A stretch of 64,000 bases of DNA from the NCBI GenBank assembly GCA_050010755.1, contig JBEKKK010000001.1, positions 128,001 through 192,000 of the forward strand, given 5' to 3'. This document shows positions 1 through 9,435 of this stretch, piece after piece. Made by a program: the position numbers and the translations under genes. How positions within the stretch are numbered: position 1 is the stretch's first letter; every line of letters starts with the position of its first letter. Under the pieces are notes generated by a model, which had not been told where the DNA came from, made no database searches, and saw only the letters and a list, made by a program, of their open reading frames with translations. The DNA comes from Candidatus Bathyarchaeia archaeon (GTDB taxonomy: Archaea > Thermoproteota > Bathyarchaeia > Bathyarchaeales > Bathycorpusculaceae).

Positions 1-150
1 ATTACAAAGCAACATCACAATGCAACATTACAACTGACCTCACAAACAAACAGAAAAAGTCAGCCGTAAGGCACAGTCAAGCCTGTTTTCAACATCGTTT
101 GTCACAAAACGACATTACAATTAACCTCACAAACGCAGAGGCGGGGGGCG
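1..150 (+). repeat. Degenerate copies of the CATTACA-containing repeat (window edge)
   Basis: cattacaactgacctcacaaac (26-47) recurs as cattacaattaacctcacaaac (113-134). 1-35 shows the same 13-bp-period (c)attacaNNgcaa units as the element at 155-412. Confidence 0.6.
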
Positions 151-154
151 AAAA

Positions 155-412
155 GCAACATGGACACATATGTGTGTTCATTACATTTCAACATTACATC
201 TGATGTGTGTGAAAAAAAGGGAGGGCACCGTTTACCATTGAAATCTGACATAACCCCAGGTTGTAAACCCGAAGAAAATGGCCGAACTCAACTCCCGCCA
301 GGACCAAGTTTCAGCTTGCTTCGGGACGGGCACTGGCAACATGGAAAACTTACACTGCAACATTACACAGCAACATTACATCTGATGTAAAGAAAAAAAG
401 GGGAGGGGGCCG
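155..412 (+). repeat. Dispersed ~255-bp element, copy 1 (two ~75-bp units, 155-230 and 336-412)
   Basis: Both units read gcaacatgga...cattaca..caacattacatctgatgt...gaaaaaaaggg(g)aggg. 361-410 matches the reverse complement of 12056-12105 at 44/50 positions by manual count. Confidence 0.85.
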
Positions 413-479
413 ATCGCACAACTCGCAGGCTTGCATTCTACGAAGCTTTCCCTAAAAGGCAAATTCGAAAACTTGTGAT

Positions 480-1274
480 TCAGAAAAATCTCGCTAACAG
501 GCTACTCACCGAGGGAATGTGCACGAAAATTCGAACGTAAATAGCTGAGGCCAGGACTCCGAGTGTGATGGCCATCATGACAGCATCCCCTCTGTGCAAT
601 CTCAGCACATACAGGTTGGTACGTTTCTTAGTCGCTCCCCAAGCACGCGACTCCATGGCCTCAGCAAGTTCCAGACTCCTTCGAATCGCACTCACAATCA
701 GAGGGATAAGAATCGGAATGTAATTCCTAATCCTTTTCAGAAAGTTCCCTTTCTCAAGCTCCAACCCCCTCGCCTTCTGCGCGTCCATAATCGTTTCAGC
801 CTCTTCCGCCAAAACTGGAACAAAACGCACCGCCGTCGTGAAAGCAAAAACGAACTCGTACGGCACATGTGTCTGTTCCATGGCGAGACCCAAGTGATCC
901 GGCGAAGTTGTAAGAAAGAAAATGGAAAACGACTCCACCAACACGACGAAACGCAAGGTCAAAGCTGTAGCCGACTCGACTATGCTAGACGTGAGCACGT
1001 AATGATTGCCGAAAAAGCTGAAAACCAGATTGGTCAAAAAGATTACCGCGGCAAGAAACGCTCCTCCACGCATCGAACGAAGCCATTCCCGCCTCACCCC
1101 GGCCAGAAGGACAAACGGAATTTGAAAGAGAAAAAGCGCTATCAAAGGCAAAAGTTGCCAAAACGTTATCGCAACCCCAAATATCACGCAAACATAAACG
1201 AACTTTATCCTCGGGTCCAAGTTATGTATAGGCGAGAAGACCTTGCGAAACTTGAGCCCTTCGAAAACGCTCAT
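480..1274 (-). CDS. ecfT: ECF transporter transmembrane component T (EcfT/CbiQ family)
   Basis: LDPRIK N-terminal motif, AQKARG and EAMESRAW X-R-X motifs, hydrophobic, follows two ECF ATPases. Confidence 0.9.
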   Translation of the reverse strand: MSVFEGLKFRKVFSPIHNLDPRIKFVYVCVIFGVAITFWQLLPLIALFLFQIPFVLLAGVRREWLRSMRGGAFLAAVIFLTNLVFSFFGNHYVLTSSIVESATALTLRFVVLVESFSIFFLTTSPDHLGLAMEQTHVPYEFVFAFTTAVRFVPVLAEEAETIMDAQKARGLELEKGNFLKRIRNYIPILIPLIVSAIRRSLELAEAMESRAWGATKKRTNLYVLRLHRGDAVMMAITLGVLASAIYVRIFVHIPSVSSLLARFF

Positions 1275-2095
1275 CCTTCGCGTTTCCCCAGCATTCCAAG
1301 CAGAATTCTCTGCGCCTCATAAATGTCAATAACGTCCTCGCAGACATTCATTCCGCGAAGCTGAATGAATATCTGAGCCACCTGCGGAGGCACAATCGAC
1401 GCCTGCATCAGAGTGTACTCCTCCGTGAGAATCTTTCTCGCCTCGCCATCAGCAATGATTCTTCCCTCACGCATCAACAGAACCCTCGGGTTGCACTCAG
1501 CCACAAACTCAACATCATGCGTCACCACGATGACGGTTTTCTTCTGTGTATGCATCTGAAGAATGAACTGTCGAAGCTTCTCCTTTTGCTCATAATCCTG
1601 CCCTATAGTCGGTTCGTCCAGTATCAGCATCGCCGGATCCCAAGCCAACACCGAAGCCAAAGCCACACGCTTCCTTTCTCCACCGCTGAGCAAGAACGGA
1701 GAAGTCTTCCTGTACTGCGTCAACCCCAAAAGATTCAGAGCCCAAGTCACCCTGCTTTCAATGACGTCCTCACCGAAACCGAAGTTTCTCAGTGCAAAGG
1801 CTATTTCTGCCTCCACTGTCTCGCTGAACAGCTGATTGTCCGGATTTTGAAAAACGAACCCAACGTTTCTGGAAAGAGCCGCCACGCTCACCTTTGTCGT
1901 ATCCACCCCGTCAACGAGCACCTGTCCAGCGGATGGTTTGAGCAGACCGTTGAAATGTTTTACCAACGTCGTTTTTCCTGCTCCGTTCTGACCCATTATA
2001 GCTACAAACTCGCCTTCCTGGACGGTCAGGCGTATTTCCTTCAAAGCCTCCACGTTGTTCGGATACCTAAAATAAACATCCTTGACCTCTATCAT
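1271..2095 (-). CDS. ecfA2: ECF transporter ATPase (EcfA/CbiO family)
   Basis: Walker A GQNGAGKT, Q-loop VFQNPDNQLF, LSGGE signature, ILDEP Walker B. Confidence 0.9.
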   Translation of the reverse strand: MIEVKDVYFRYPNNVEALKEIRLTVQEGEFVAIMGQNGAGKTTLVKHFNGLLKPSAGQVLVDGVDTTKVSVAALSRNVGFVFQNPDNQLFSETVEAEIAFALRNFGFGEDVIESRVTWALNLLGLTQYRKTSPFLLSGGERKRVALASVLAWDPAMLILDEPTIGQDYEQKEKLRQFILQMHTQKKTVIVVTHDVEFVAECNPRVLLMREGRIIADGEARKILTEEYTLMQASIVPPQVAQIFIQLRGMNVCEDVIDIYEAQRILLGMLGKREG

Positions 2096-2943
2096 CGGCC
2101 TCCCAGACCCTCCTTAATCAAAGCTGCCATCTCATCCGAAGACAAGGGGACCACATCGCCAAGTTTGACTCCGTCCTTCAGGAGCATCTGGTAAAGCCTC
2201 GTTGCTTTCGGAATTCCGACGCCGACAAGCCGAGCTTCTTCAGATCTCAGAATCTCGTGCGGATCGCCGTCTAAGAGAATCTTTCCCTGATCCATCACGA
2301 TTATATGATCTGCGTACTTGGCCGTCAAGTCGAGTCTGTGCTCCACGAGTACGACAGTGATACCGAGGTTTCTGTTCAAATCGTGAATCACCTCGAATAT
2401 TCTTCTCGCCGTCAGGGGGTCAAGGAAAGAAGTCGGCTCATCAAGAACAATCACCTGAGGCTTCATCGCCAGAACTGAGGCAATGGCCACGCGTTGCTGC
2501 TGTCCACCCGAGAGTTCATGAGGTGCTCTTTCCCTCAGATCATTGATGCCGGTAAGCTGTAGCGCCCAGTCAACGGTTTTGCGCATCTCTTCTCTTGAAA
2601 CGCCCAAGTTTTCAAGCCCAAAAGCCACGTCCTTTTCCACAGACAGTGCAAAAAGTTGATTCTCAGGATTTTGAAAAACTAAACCCACACGTTGCGCCAG
2701 TTCGTACGTTGGGTGTTCCTTGACATTCAGCCCCGCGACGGTTAATTCACCCTTCATTTCACCCTGATAAAAATGAGGAATCAACCCGTTGAAGCATCTG
2801 CAAAGCGTCGTTTTTCCGCATCCGCTGGGCCCTGTGATGAGGACGAACTCACCTCTGTCTACGCTTAAGGAAACATCATTGATTGATTGCCTTGTGCCGC
2901 CTGGATACGTATACGTTAGATTGGTCGTTTCAATTATCGCCAT
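2092..2943 (-). CDS. ecfA1: ECF transporter ATPase (EcfA/CbiO family)
   Basis: GPSGCGKT, VFQNPENQLF, LSGGQ, VLDEP. Confidence 0.9.
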   Translation of the reverse strand: MAIIETTNLTYTYPGGTRQSINDVSLSVDRGEFVLITGPSGCGKTTLCRCFNGLIPHFYQGEMKGELTVAGLNVKEHPTYELAQRVGLVFQNPENQLFALSVEKDVAFGLENLGVSREEMRKTVDWALQLTGINDLRERAPHELSGGQQQRVAIASVLAMKPQVIVLDEPTSFLDPLTARRIFEVIHDLNRNLGITVVLVEHRLDLTAKYADHIIVMDQGKILLDGDPHEILRSEEARLVGVGIPKATRLYQMLLKDGVKLGDVVPLSSDEMAALIKEGLGGR

Positions 2944-2998
2944 GCTGACAGTGCCTGCCCACTTGAAGCGGGCTTTCGGCTCATTTAAGAGTAACTAC

Positions 2999-3994
2999 CT
3001 AATTATGATTACCCAGTTTTTCCTTCAGAAGCCACAGACACCGTTTGAGCCCGAGTTCTATGTCGCCTTTCCCGTTAACTCCCGCCGCCGTGGCATGCCC
3101 CCCGCCCATGCCGTGAAGGTATTCACCCAAAGGCTTCGCCACGTCCTTTCCGAGGTGAACATCAGTTTTTTTATAGAAATCCATTGAGCTACGCAAGCTT
3201 ATTTCCAGGTTTCCATCTCTCTCTCCTGCCACGGCGGCAACGTGAGCCCCCAGCTCAATCATCGCCCGCGCGGCGGAAGCCTCGTAAGCGCTGACGTGTG
3301 ACAAAGCGATTATCCATTCTCCCACTCTGAAGAGTTTGGTTCTCCGGCAAGCCTTAAGCCTCGCAACGCGTTCAGAGAAATCCATTGGCAACGAGAGCAA
3401 CGAAAGGGTCTCTTGAGCGTTAACGCCAGCATCGATGAGTCCCACGATACTCTTCAACGTGGACGAGTTTGCTAAGATGAAATGTCGCGTGTCAAAAGCT
3501 ATGCCTAAAAACAGGGCCTTGGCCTCGTTCTCGCCTGGTTTTATTCCAGTTTGCCTGTAGAAATCGTACACGATCTCGCACGTGGATGATGCCGTTTCAT
3601 CTGTTATAGAAATCTTCGCCAGCCCCTCAGTGTCGGGGTGAACGACGTGATGATCAACAACGATGATTGGAGCCTTCGAAGTCCTAACCGTGTCAGCCAA
3701 ATCATCTAGCTGCTGAACGGTGTTCGTGTCAAGCAGCACGATCGCCTGTGCTTTTTCTACACTGGGTTGTGTTCTCACTTCTACGGGCAAGTGGCTGAGG
3801 AGATGTTTTGAAAGTCGACTTATTCCATGTGCTGCCCCAATCTCAACCGTTATTTGTGGCCGTGACTGTTTCAGCAAGCTTGAAAACGCATATGCCGAAC
3901 AGATTGCGTCTGGATCCGCATTATGGTGGCACAGCAGGACAACAAACTCGGCGTCAACAGAGTCTAAAAGCTTGATTATTTCTGTGAATGACAC
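2999..3994 (-). CDS. DHH/DHHA1 family phosphoesterase (NrnA/RecJ-like nuclease)
   Basis: HHNADPDA, LLDT, VVDHH and C-terminal GGGH motifs, in exosome superoperon context. Confidence 0.88.
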   Translation of the reverse strand: MSFTEIIKLLDSVDAEFVVLLCHHNADPDAICSAYAFSSLLKQSRPQITVEIGAAHGISRLSKHLLSHLPVEVRTQPSVEKAQAIVLLDTNTVQQLDDLADTVRTSKAPIIVVDHHVVHPDTEGLAKISITDETASSTCEIVYDFYRQTGIKPGENEAKALFLGIAFDTRHFILANSSTLKSIVGLIDAGVNAQETLSLLSLPMDFSERVARLKACRRTKLFRVGEWIIALSHVSAYEASAARAMIELGAHVAAVAGERDGNLEISLRSSMDFYKKTDVHLGKDVAKPLGEYLHGMGGGHATAAGVNGKGDIELGLKRCLWLLKEKLGNHN

Positions 3995-4287
3995 GCTATT
4001 TCCCTCAAGTGTTTTTCAGCGGATATGAAAGCTTCTCTCACAGCCTCGTCGGCAAGCTTCTGCACGTCGAAGTCTCTCATCGAGGGAGATAACGTGACGG
4101 CCACATCAACCTTCAACGCCACAGGTTTTGCACCCTCTGCTTCGGCGCTGATGTCGAGTGTTTCTATCTTTTTTGAAGGGATTTTCGACAGAATGTGTTC
4201 TCTCGCCGCTTTCTCCGCAATCAGACACAGCTTCTCAATCTGTTCACTGCTTAACTCTGGTATTCCCAGCGCTTCCATAATCCCCAC
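3976..4287 (-). CDS. Conserved archaeal small protein (DUF3194-like)
   Basis: 103 aa, located between prefoldin beta and the DHH gene as in other archaeal superoperons. Family assignment is from position and recollection. Confidence 0.65.
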   Translation of the reverse strand: MGIMEALGIPELSSEQIEKLCLIAEKAAREHILSKIPSKKIETLDISAEAEGAKPVALKVDVAVTLSPSMRDFDVQKLADEAVREAFISAEKHLREIACHSQK

Positions 4288-4301
4288 TTAGAAGCGATAA
4301 T

Positions 4302-4673
4302 TTACTCGGACGGAGGAGAAACGGGGTTCAGGTCTTGTTGAAGCTTTGTCTGTACGTCTTTCAGTTGAGCGCGTAAACGCTCTTCTTGTTTTGTCAGAAT
4401 CGTGGACCTTGTGTTGAGCAGATCCTTTCTTTCAGTCAATTCGGTGATTACTTTCGGCCGTTCAGACCTCATCAGCAAAGTGCCGGCAGATTTGTAAATC
4501 ACCGCGTCGTCAGTCATTTTTTGCAGTTCATTCAAGGCTTGATCGATTTCGGTTGCTTCAAGCTCCACCTGCTGCTTTTGCCCAAGAATTGATTGAAGCG
4601 TTTGCTGGAGCTGTTGAAGTCTGAGTAAACGTTCTTGAACCGGCTGCGGCAGCTGCGAAATCTCGTCACTCAC
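4302..4673 (-). CDS. pfdB: Prefoldin beta subunit
   Basis: Coiled-coil/beta-hairpin pattern LQQLQQTLQ...AVIYKSAGTLL. Likely start is GTG at 4673 rather than the ORF-track start at 4721. Confidence 0.93.
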   Translation of the reverse strand: MSDEISQLPQPVQERLLRLQQLQQTLQSILGQKQQVELEATEIDQALNELQKMTDDAVIYKSAGTLLMRSERPKVITELTERKDLLNTRSTILTKQEERLRAQLKDVQTKLQQDLNPVSPPSE

Positions 4674-4922
4674 GTGGATCCTTCCATCTGCACAGCAATA
4701 AGCCGGGCTATTAATTAACATTTTCTCAAATGGTCAGTAAGCTCTCAATTTAAGCCGTTGCGTCTCGCGCCGCTGTGACTAATTATCTTTCCTTCTTAGG
4801 AAAATGCAGTTCTCGGGTTGCTTCACTCTGATAACCGACTAACGGTTTCTTCTGCTGGAAAATCGCACGGATTGAAAGCACGATAGATTTGCAGGGGCAC
4901 TCAAGTGGGGATTGGGCACCAT

Positions 4923-5201
4923 TCAAAGCTGTGATTTCATGGGTGCGTGCTCTTCTTCTCTTTCAAGAGTCTGAAACACGTTTAGAATTGAGTTTATCCA
5001 TCTCAAGTATGCGTTTATGGCTGCGCGTAGCGCAACCGTGTCTTTGGCTTCAACCTTTAGGAGTAGATAATCGCCTTCCCTGATCAGACTTGCTCGCGAA
5101 CGCGAGGTCGGGCTGTTAGTCTCTGGCTCTAGGGATGTGAGAATCGTCTGCAACTTTTGCTCTGACTGTAACTTTAGGCGTACGGTTGCTCCCGCTTTCA
5201 T
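4923..5201 (-). CDS. pcc1: KEOPS complex subunit Pcc1
   Basis: SLEPE...SRS...LKVEAKDTVALRAAINAYLRWI signature, canonical position before prefoldin beta. Confidence 0.88.
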   Translation of the reverse strand: MKAGATVRLKLQSEQKLQTILTSLEPETNSPTSRSRASLIREGDYLLLKVEAKDTVALRAAINAYLRWINSILNVFQTLEREEEHAPMKSQL

Positions 5202-5265
5202 TAGAACATTTCCAGAAAAACTGTTCGCAAGCTCAAGGTCAGCCTAAATTTCGCAAGAGAGAAGT

Positions 5266-5568
5266 TTAGGCGCTTTCTTCTTCCACTTTCTCCAACGTCT
5301 CTTCCGCTGGTGCGCCCTTGGCTGAGCGTTTTGCCACTATTCCGAGTTTTGTGATTGGGGTGTAGGCTCCGCCAGTGTATGTGAAACCGCATTTTCTGCA
5401 TTTCCAGATTCCGACGCTTTCTCTTTTAACTCTCGAAAAGCCGCATTGGGGGCACTTGTGAGGTTTCTTCATCTCTTGCATTACTTTGATGTAGCGTTTT
5501 CTGACGGTTGAACCGTAGCGGGGACCCAGCCCGCGAGTAGGCCCAACTTTTTTGGTTCTGTTCCCCAC
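5266..5568 (-). CDS. rpl37ae: 50S ribosomal protein L37ae (eL43)
   Basis: RTKKVG..GPRYG..RKR, CPQC...GIWKCRKC zinc ribbon, GGAY. Confidence 0.97.
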   Translation of the reverse strand: MGNRTKKVGPTRGLGPRYGSTVRKRYIKVMQEMKKPHKCPQCGFSRVKRESVGIWKCRKCGFTYTGGAYTPITKLGIVAKRSAKGAPAEETLEKVEEESA

Positions 5569-5575
5569 CGCGTTT

Positions 5576-6367
5576 TCACCAGTTCAGTTTTTTCCGCATT
5601 TCCGTGGATTTTTCCTTAGCTATTCTTGCGGCTTCAAATACTTGTTTGGGTTCAAGGTATCCGCTTCCGCCTTTTTGAATGGCACATATGTTTTCGTCGT
5701 CGTCGAATGCGAATGAGATTCGGGCGTCCATGACTTGCTCTTCTTCCAGCCAAGGGTCGACGACGAGTTTGTCGCCTATTTTGGCGCAGGTGACCGTTAT
5801 GGGGTGTTTCTTTAGTGGAAGCTGCTCGTAGCCTGACTTCATCTTCACTTCTTCATCCTCGACTTCGTACTTACCCATTTTCGTGTTAATCAGTGCAGCC
5901 ATCGCGGCCAGCGCTGAGGCGTCTATCAAATTTCCGTCATGATTCAGGACGTAGACGTCAACGAATACGACGAAAACCTTCTTCCCAGGTATGACGCAGA
6001 GTTTTTCCATATCGATTGCTTTGGACTCTCTGATTCCCCTATCGACTACTCTCGCGAGCTCTATCGAACTTTCGTCTGGGGGTCCCGGTTCAAAGCCCGG
6101 CGACGCAAGCGGTACGAGTTCTGCGTTCACGGTCAAGACGGCCTCGTTCGGCGTATCCGAGAATGGCTCGCCCGTCTCGATTTTCACTCCGACGACGACC
6201 TCGGTTTTTCCAAGAAGCACCCTTGCCGAACCCTCGGCTTTTTCAATTATGCCCTGTTCGATTTTTATTTCGCGATAGTCTGTCAATTCTCTGCCGTCTA
6301 AGCGTTTTCCCTTTTCTATCAACTGCGCAATCTGTTTTTGTTTCACTTTCGTGATTACTGCTGCCAT
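5576..6367 (-). CDS. rrp42: Exosome complex component Rrp42
   Basis: RLDGR, AEGSA, FEPGPPDE..IELARVVDRGIRES, DGNLIDA, IQKGG. Confidence 0.96.
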   Translation of the reverse strand: MAAVITKVKQKQIAQLIEKGKRLDGRELTDYREIKIEQGIIEKAEGSARVLLGKTEVVVGVKIETGEPFSDTPNEAVLTVNAELVPLASPGFEPGPPDESSIELARVVDRGIRESKAIDMEKLCVIPGKKVFVVFVDVYVLNHDGNLIDASALAAMAALINTKMGKYEVEDEEVKMKSGYEQLPLKKHPITVTCAKIGDKLVVDPWLEEEQVMDARISFAFDDDENICAIQKGGSGYLEPKQVFEAARIAKEKSTEMRKKLNW

Positions 6368-7119
6368 TATTCTTCGGCCTCCTCCTTGTTTTCTTCTTCT
6401 TTAACGTTCACGTACTTAGTCCTGAGCGCTTCTTTCTGAAGTACGTAGATTTGTTTGCACCCTTCGAGAGCCAAGTTCACCGCGCTTTCAAACTCGTCGG
6501 TTGAGAGTGAACCATCCATCTGCAGCAAAGTGATGGCGTTCAGGTTGGGCATCAGAGCCACGGGAACATCAGCGCTGCCCAACTTGTCTTCAGTGTCCAT
6601 CAAGTCCAGCACGATTTTGTCCTCCACTTTGCCCGCTGCGCAGGCGACGATTAGGTCCCGCATCGGTATGCCTGAGTCTGCCAAGGCCAGAGCGGCTGCC
6701 GTGATACTAGCGCATCTTGTCCCCCCGTCAGCCTGTAAGACTTCGATGAATATGTCTATCATCGTGCGCGGATAGTATTCCATGAAGATGGCCGGTTCCA
6801 GCGATTCCCTGATCACTTTCGAGAGTTCGATTTCCCGCCTTGACGGAGCAGGTGACTTACGCTCCTGAACTGAGAACGGAGCCATGTGGTATCGGCACTT
6901 TACGACCGTTCGGTCCGGGAGGGCTAAATGTTTGGGATGAACTTCTCTCGGTCCGTAAACACCGGCCAGGATCTTGTTTTTTCCATGCTCGATGTATGCT
7001 GACCCGTCTGCGCGTGATATCACGCCGACTTGAAGCTTCACTGGCCTTAACTCATCGGGCTTTCTTCCGTCCAGTCTTAGGCCTTTTTTGTCGATTAACT
7101 TTTCAGGTTTATCATTCAT
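6367..7119 (-). CDS. rrp41: Exosome complex exonuclease Rrp41
   Basis: [37 protein letters not shown] RNase PH motifs. Confidence 0.97.
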   Translation of the reverse strand: MNDKPEKLIDKKGLRLDGRKPDELRPVKLQVGVISRADGSAYIEHGKNKILAGVYGPREVHPKHLALPDRTVVKCRYHMAPFSVQERKSPAPSRREIELSKVIRESLEPAIFMEYYPRTMIDIFIEVLQADGGTRCASITAAALALADSGIPMRDLIVACAAGKVEDKIVLDLMDTEDKLGSADVPVALMPNLNAITLLQMDGSLSTDEFESAVNLALEGCKQIYVLQKEALRTKYVNVKEEENKEEAEE

Positions 7120-7822
7120 TTTTCTTTTCCTCCTTTCCAGTTTTTGCCTCTTTCAGCATCTTGGTTATGCGGTCCGTCAGACCGCTTGTGTGGGATTCTG
7201 CTTCTATTTTCAGAATCGCCATCATAGCCAACTGTTCGTCTTCAAGAGTCTTTCCAGTAATGAGCACGACCCCGTTAACGCCCAGGATAATGTTGCAGCC
7301 CGTCTCTTGCTTTATGGTGGATATCATCGAGCCTTTTCTGCCTATCACGCGGGGAATTTTCGTCGGCGTGACCTTTAGTATCTGCCCGCGTGTTATCTTT
7401 CCTAGCCCAGGTTCTGCAACAGTCAACTGTGGATCGTGCGTCCTGTCGTAAGAGACTATCTTGGCCACCACCAAATCCCCGACATCAAGAACCTGTGGCA
7501 AATCGTCTTTTTGGGGTCTAAAGGATCTGCTTAGTACGTCTGAAGCCCTGAGAAGAGCGGGATAGGGCGAGTTGATGTCCACAGTCCACCCGCTGAATCC
7601 AACTTCCGTGATGGTTCCTATGACGATGTCTTCCATCCTCGGAACGTAAAAAGACTTCAGAGCGACAACATCCAATTTTTTTGTTTCATACTCGACGATT
7701 CCAACTCTTGAAGCGTAAATCTTGTTGTTTTCCATGTACGTGTTTTCTCCAGCTATGTAATCGCCCTCTGCGATCAAGTCGCCAGGCGTCACAAGCTGTC
7801 TTTTTTCCAAAAATATTGGCAT
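7112..7822 (-). CDS. rrp4: Exosome complex RNA-binding protein Rrp4
   Basis: VTPGD, S1 domain ([14 protein letters not shown]), KH domain ([11 protein letters not shown]), HTSGLTDRI. Confidence 0.96.
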   Translation of the reverse strand: MPIFLEKRQLVTPGDLIAEGDYIAGENTYMENNKIYASRVGIVEYETKKLDVVALKSFYVPRMEDIVIGTITEVGFSGWTVDINSPYPALLRASDVLSRSFRPQKDDLPQVLDVGDLVVAKIVSYDRTHDPQLTVAEPGLGKITRGQILKVTPTKIPRVIGRKGSMISTIKQETGCNIILGVNGVVLITGKTLEDEQLAMMAILKIEAESHTSGLTDRITKMLKEAKTGKEEKKNE

Positions 7823-7858
7823 GAAATCACTCCTTTTCTATTCATACAAACTTTATTG

Positions 7859-8548
7859 CTAGGGGTTGATTTTTGCTTCTCCCGTTCCCTTAGTTATTTC
7901 TCCGAGTTTATCCAGGAACGGGGCGTACACTCCTGCGGGCATTTCTAGGACCCCGTACCATGAACCGTTTGCGCGCCATTCTTCACGTTTTATCGTTCCA
8001 AATCCCTTGATTGTTCCATAGGCCTTAACGGAATGTTCCGCAGGTATTGTAATGCCAACGGTTATCTGCTCCATTTTCAGCGGCAGAATCGTCCGCAAAA
8101 GCTTGATTATTTCTTTAGCCTGTTCTTCCACAGGCTTGAAAGGGTCTATCGAGTAGCGAACCTGTTCCATGGCGTTTTCGATTCGTGTTGGCGGATGCGG
8201 AAGATTAGTTCTGGGATCAACGCTCTGTCTCGATATGAAATCCACTATCTGTTTTCTCTTGTCCTCAATCATTTTCCTGCGTTGTTCGGTGGTCACCTGC
8301 AACGTTCCCTTTGTGAGTATGGTCTCGGCTATCTTCAGCGAATCCGTAGTGCCGAAAGCCTTACGCAGGCTTTCTTCCGAGGGCTTCGTGCCCTTGTTGG
8401 CGTCAGAAAATATCGTTTCAGCCGCCAAAACTTCGGTTATTCCCGCTATTCTTCCCGTTCGAAAATCTAGGGCTTTTTGAGGTTTTACAAGCACTTCGAA
8501 GTGTTCGTTGTCCTTTGTAATGCGCGCAACGGTGTACTTATCACTCAT
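7859..8548 (-). CDS. sdo1: Ribosome assembly factor SBDS/Sdo1
   Basis: HFEVLV, IFSDANKG, FGTTD, QRRKMIE.KRKQI, DPRTNLPHPPTRIENAM. Confidence 0.95.
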   Translation of the reverse strand: MSDKYTVARITKDNEHFEVLVKPQKALDFRTGRIAGITEVLAAETIFSDANKGTKPSEESLRKAFGTTDSLKIAETILTKGTLQVTTEQRRKMIEDKRKQIVDFISRQSVDPRTNLPHPPTRIENAMEQVRYSIDPFKPVEEQAKEIIKLLRTILPLKMEQITVGITIPAEHSVKAYGTIKGFGTIKREEWRANGSWYGVLEMPAGVYAPFLDKLGEITKGTGEAKINP

Positions 8549-8555
8549 CAGCGTG

Positions 8556-9284
8556 TCACTTGCCCGCGCCTAGCTCTTTCAGCATACCTTCAATTTTCTC
8601 CTCGCTCAACATTTCCAGTTTCTTGGTTTCTGTGGACACGACGGCTACTTTGATTCTCAGCGGCAGTTGTCTCGCTTCCAAGGCTTTGGCCAAGCATTTT
8701 ACCGTGAGCTTCGTGGTTTCTTCTAGGCTCAGATCATCCTTGTATTCCTCTTTCAGGATGTTGAACACGGTTTCTCTTCCGGCGCCTTCCGCTCTGGCCT
8801 TGTAGCCCCTGTAGGTTCCGCTAGGATGAGTTCCGAAGACTCGGCTTCCCGTTTTGTCCACTCCGGCAAACACCATCGACACGCCGAAGGGTCTCACACC
8901 CGCGTGTTGTGTGTAAAGCTGCTTAATATCGGAGATTCTCTTGGTCACGACTTCAACGTCGATCGGTTCATCATACGTTAGTTTGTTAGATTGCGCCATA
9001 ACCCGCGCCTGATCTATGAGGATCCGCGCGTCCGAACTCAAACCAACGATGGCCGCGCCCACGTGATCGTCAATTCGAAATATTTTCCATGAATATTCCG
9101 TTTCTTCCAGTGGGTCAACTGTCTCTTCAGCTCCGAGAACCACTCCTTCTGGGCATCGTATCGCAATGATTGTCGCTCCGCGGTTGACAAGTTCCATCGC
9201 GTATTCAACTTGAAAAAGCCGTCCATCCGGTGAAAAAACAGTTATCGCACGGTCGTAAGCACCTGGTGCTGCAAACACTGACAT
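8556..9284 (-). CDS. psmA: Proteasome alpha subunit
   Basis: YDRAITVFSPDGRLFQVEYA N-terminal signature, YTQHAGVRPFGVS. Confidence 0.97.
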   Translation of the reverse strand: MSVFAAPGAYDRAITVFSPDGRLFQVEYAMELVNRGATIIAIRCPEGVVLGAEETVDPLEETEYSWKIFRIDDHVGAAIVGLSSDARILIDQARVMAQSNKLTYDEPIDVEVVTKRISDIKQLYTQHAGVRPFGVSMVFAGVDKTGSRVFGTHPSGTYRGYKARAEGAGRETVFNILKEEYKDDLSLEETTKLTVKCLAKALEARQLPLRIKVAVVSTETKKLEMLSEEKIEGMLKELGAGK

Positions 9285-9339
9285 TCATTTCATCCTCACA
9301 GTATATCCTAACTATTTGCAGTCTCAGATACAACAACTA

Positions 9340-9360
9340 TACTAAAAACCTTTCCTATAC
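9340..9360 (-). promoter_or_regulatory. Candidate BRE/TATA promoter of the psmA-exosome operon
   Basis: Minus strand reads gtataggaaaggtttttagta (purine-rich BRE-like run then TTTTTAGTA), about 60 bp upstream of the psmA ATG. Confidence 0.45.
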
Positions 9361-9435
9361 TTTGCAGCCCTTATTTCAGGGTCTCGTTAGCGATATTTTC
9401 CGTTTTGACGTCCACGGGAAACCGTTAAACTTGGC

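Noticed and set aside
160-390. 76-aa ORF, and its echo 11918-12220 (shared NITxDVxxKxGG)
   Set aside because: The similarity is just translation of the DNA repeat. The reading frames are not preserved between units, so it is treated as non-coding.
1-412. Possible CRISPR array
   Set aside because: The units are ~75 bp and degenerate, the spacers are ~105 bp and homologous between copies, and there are no cas genes.
4779-4922. Minus-strand fragments CPCK...VIRVKQPENCIF resembling a decayed ferredoxin, or the missing rpoP
   Set aside because: The fragments are short, in different frames, interrupted by a stop and lack a complete Cys motif. Chance cannot be excluded.
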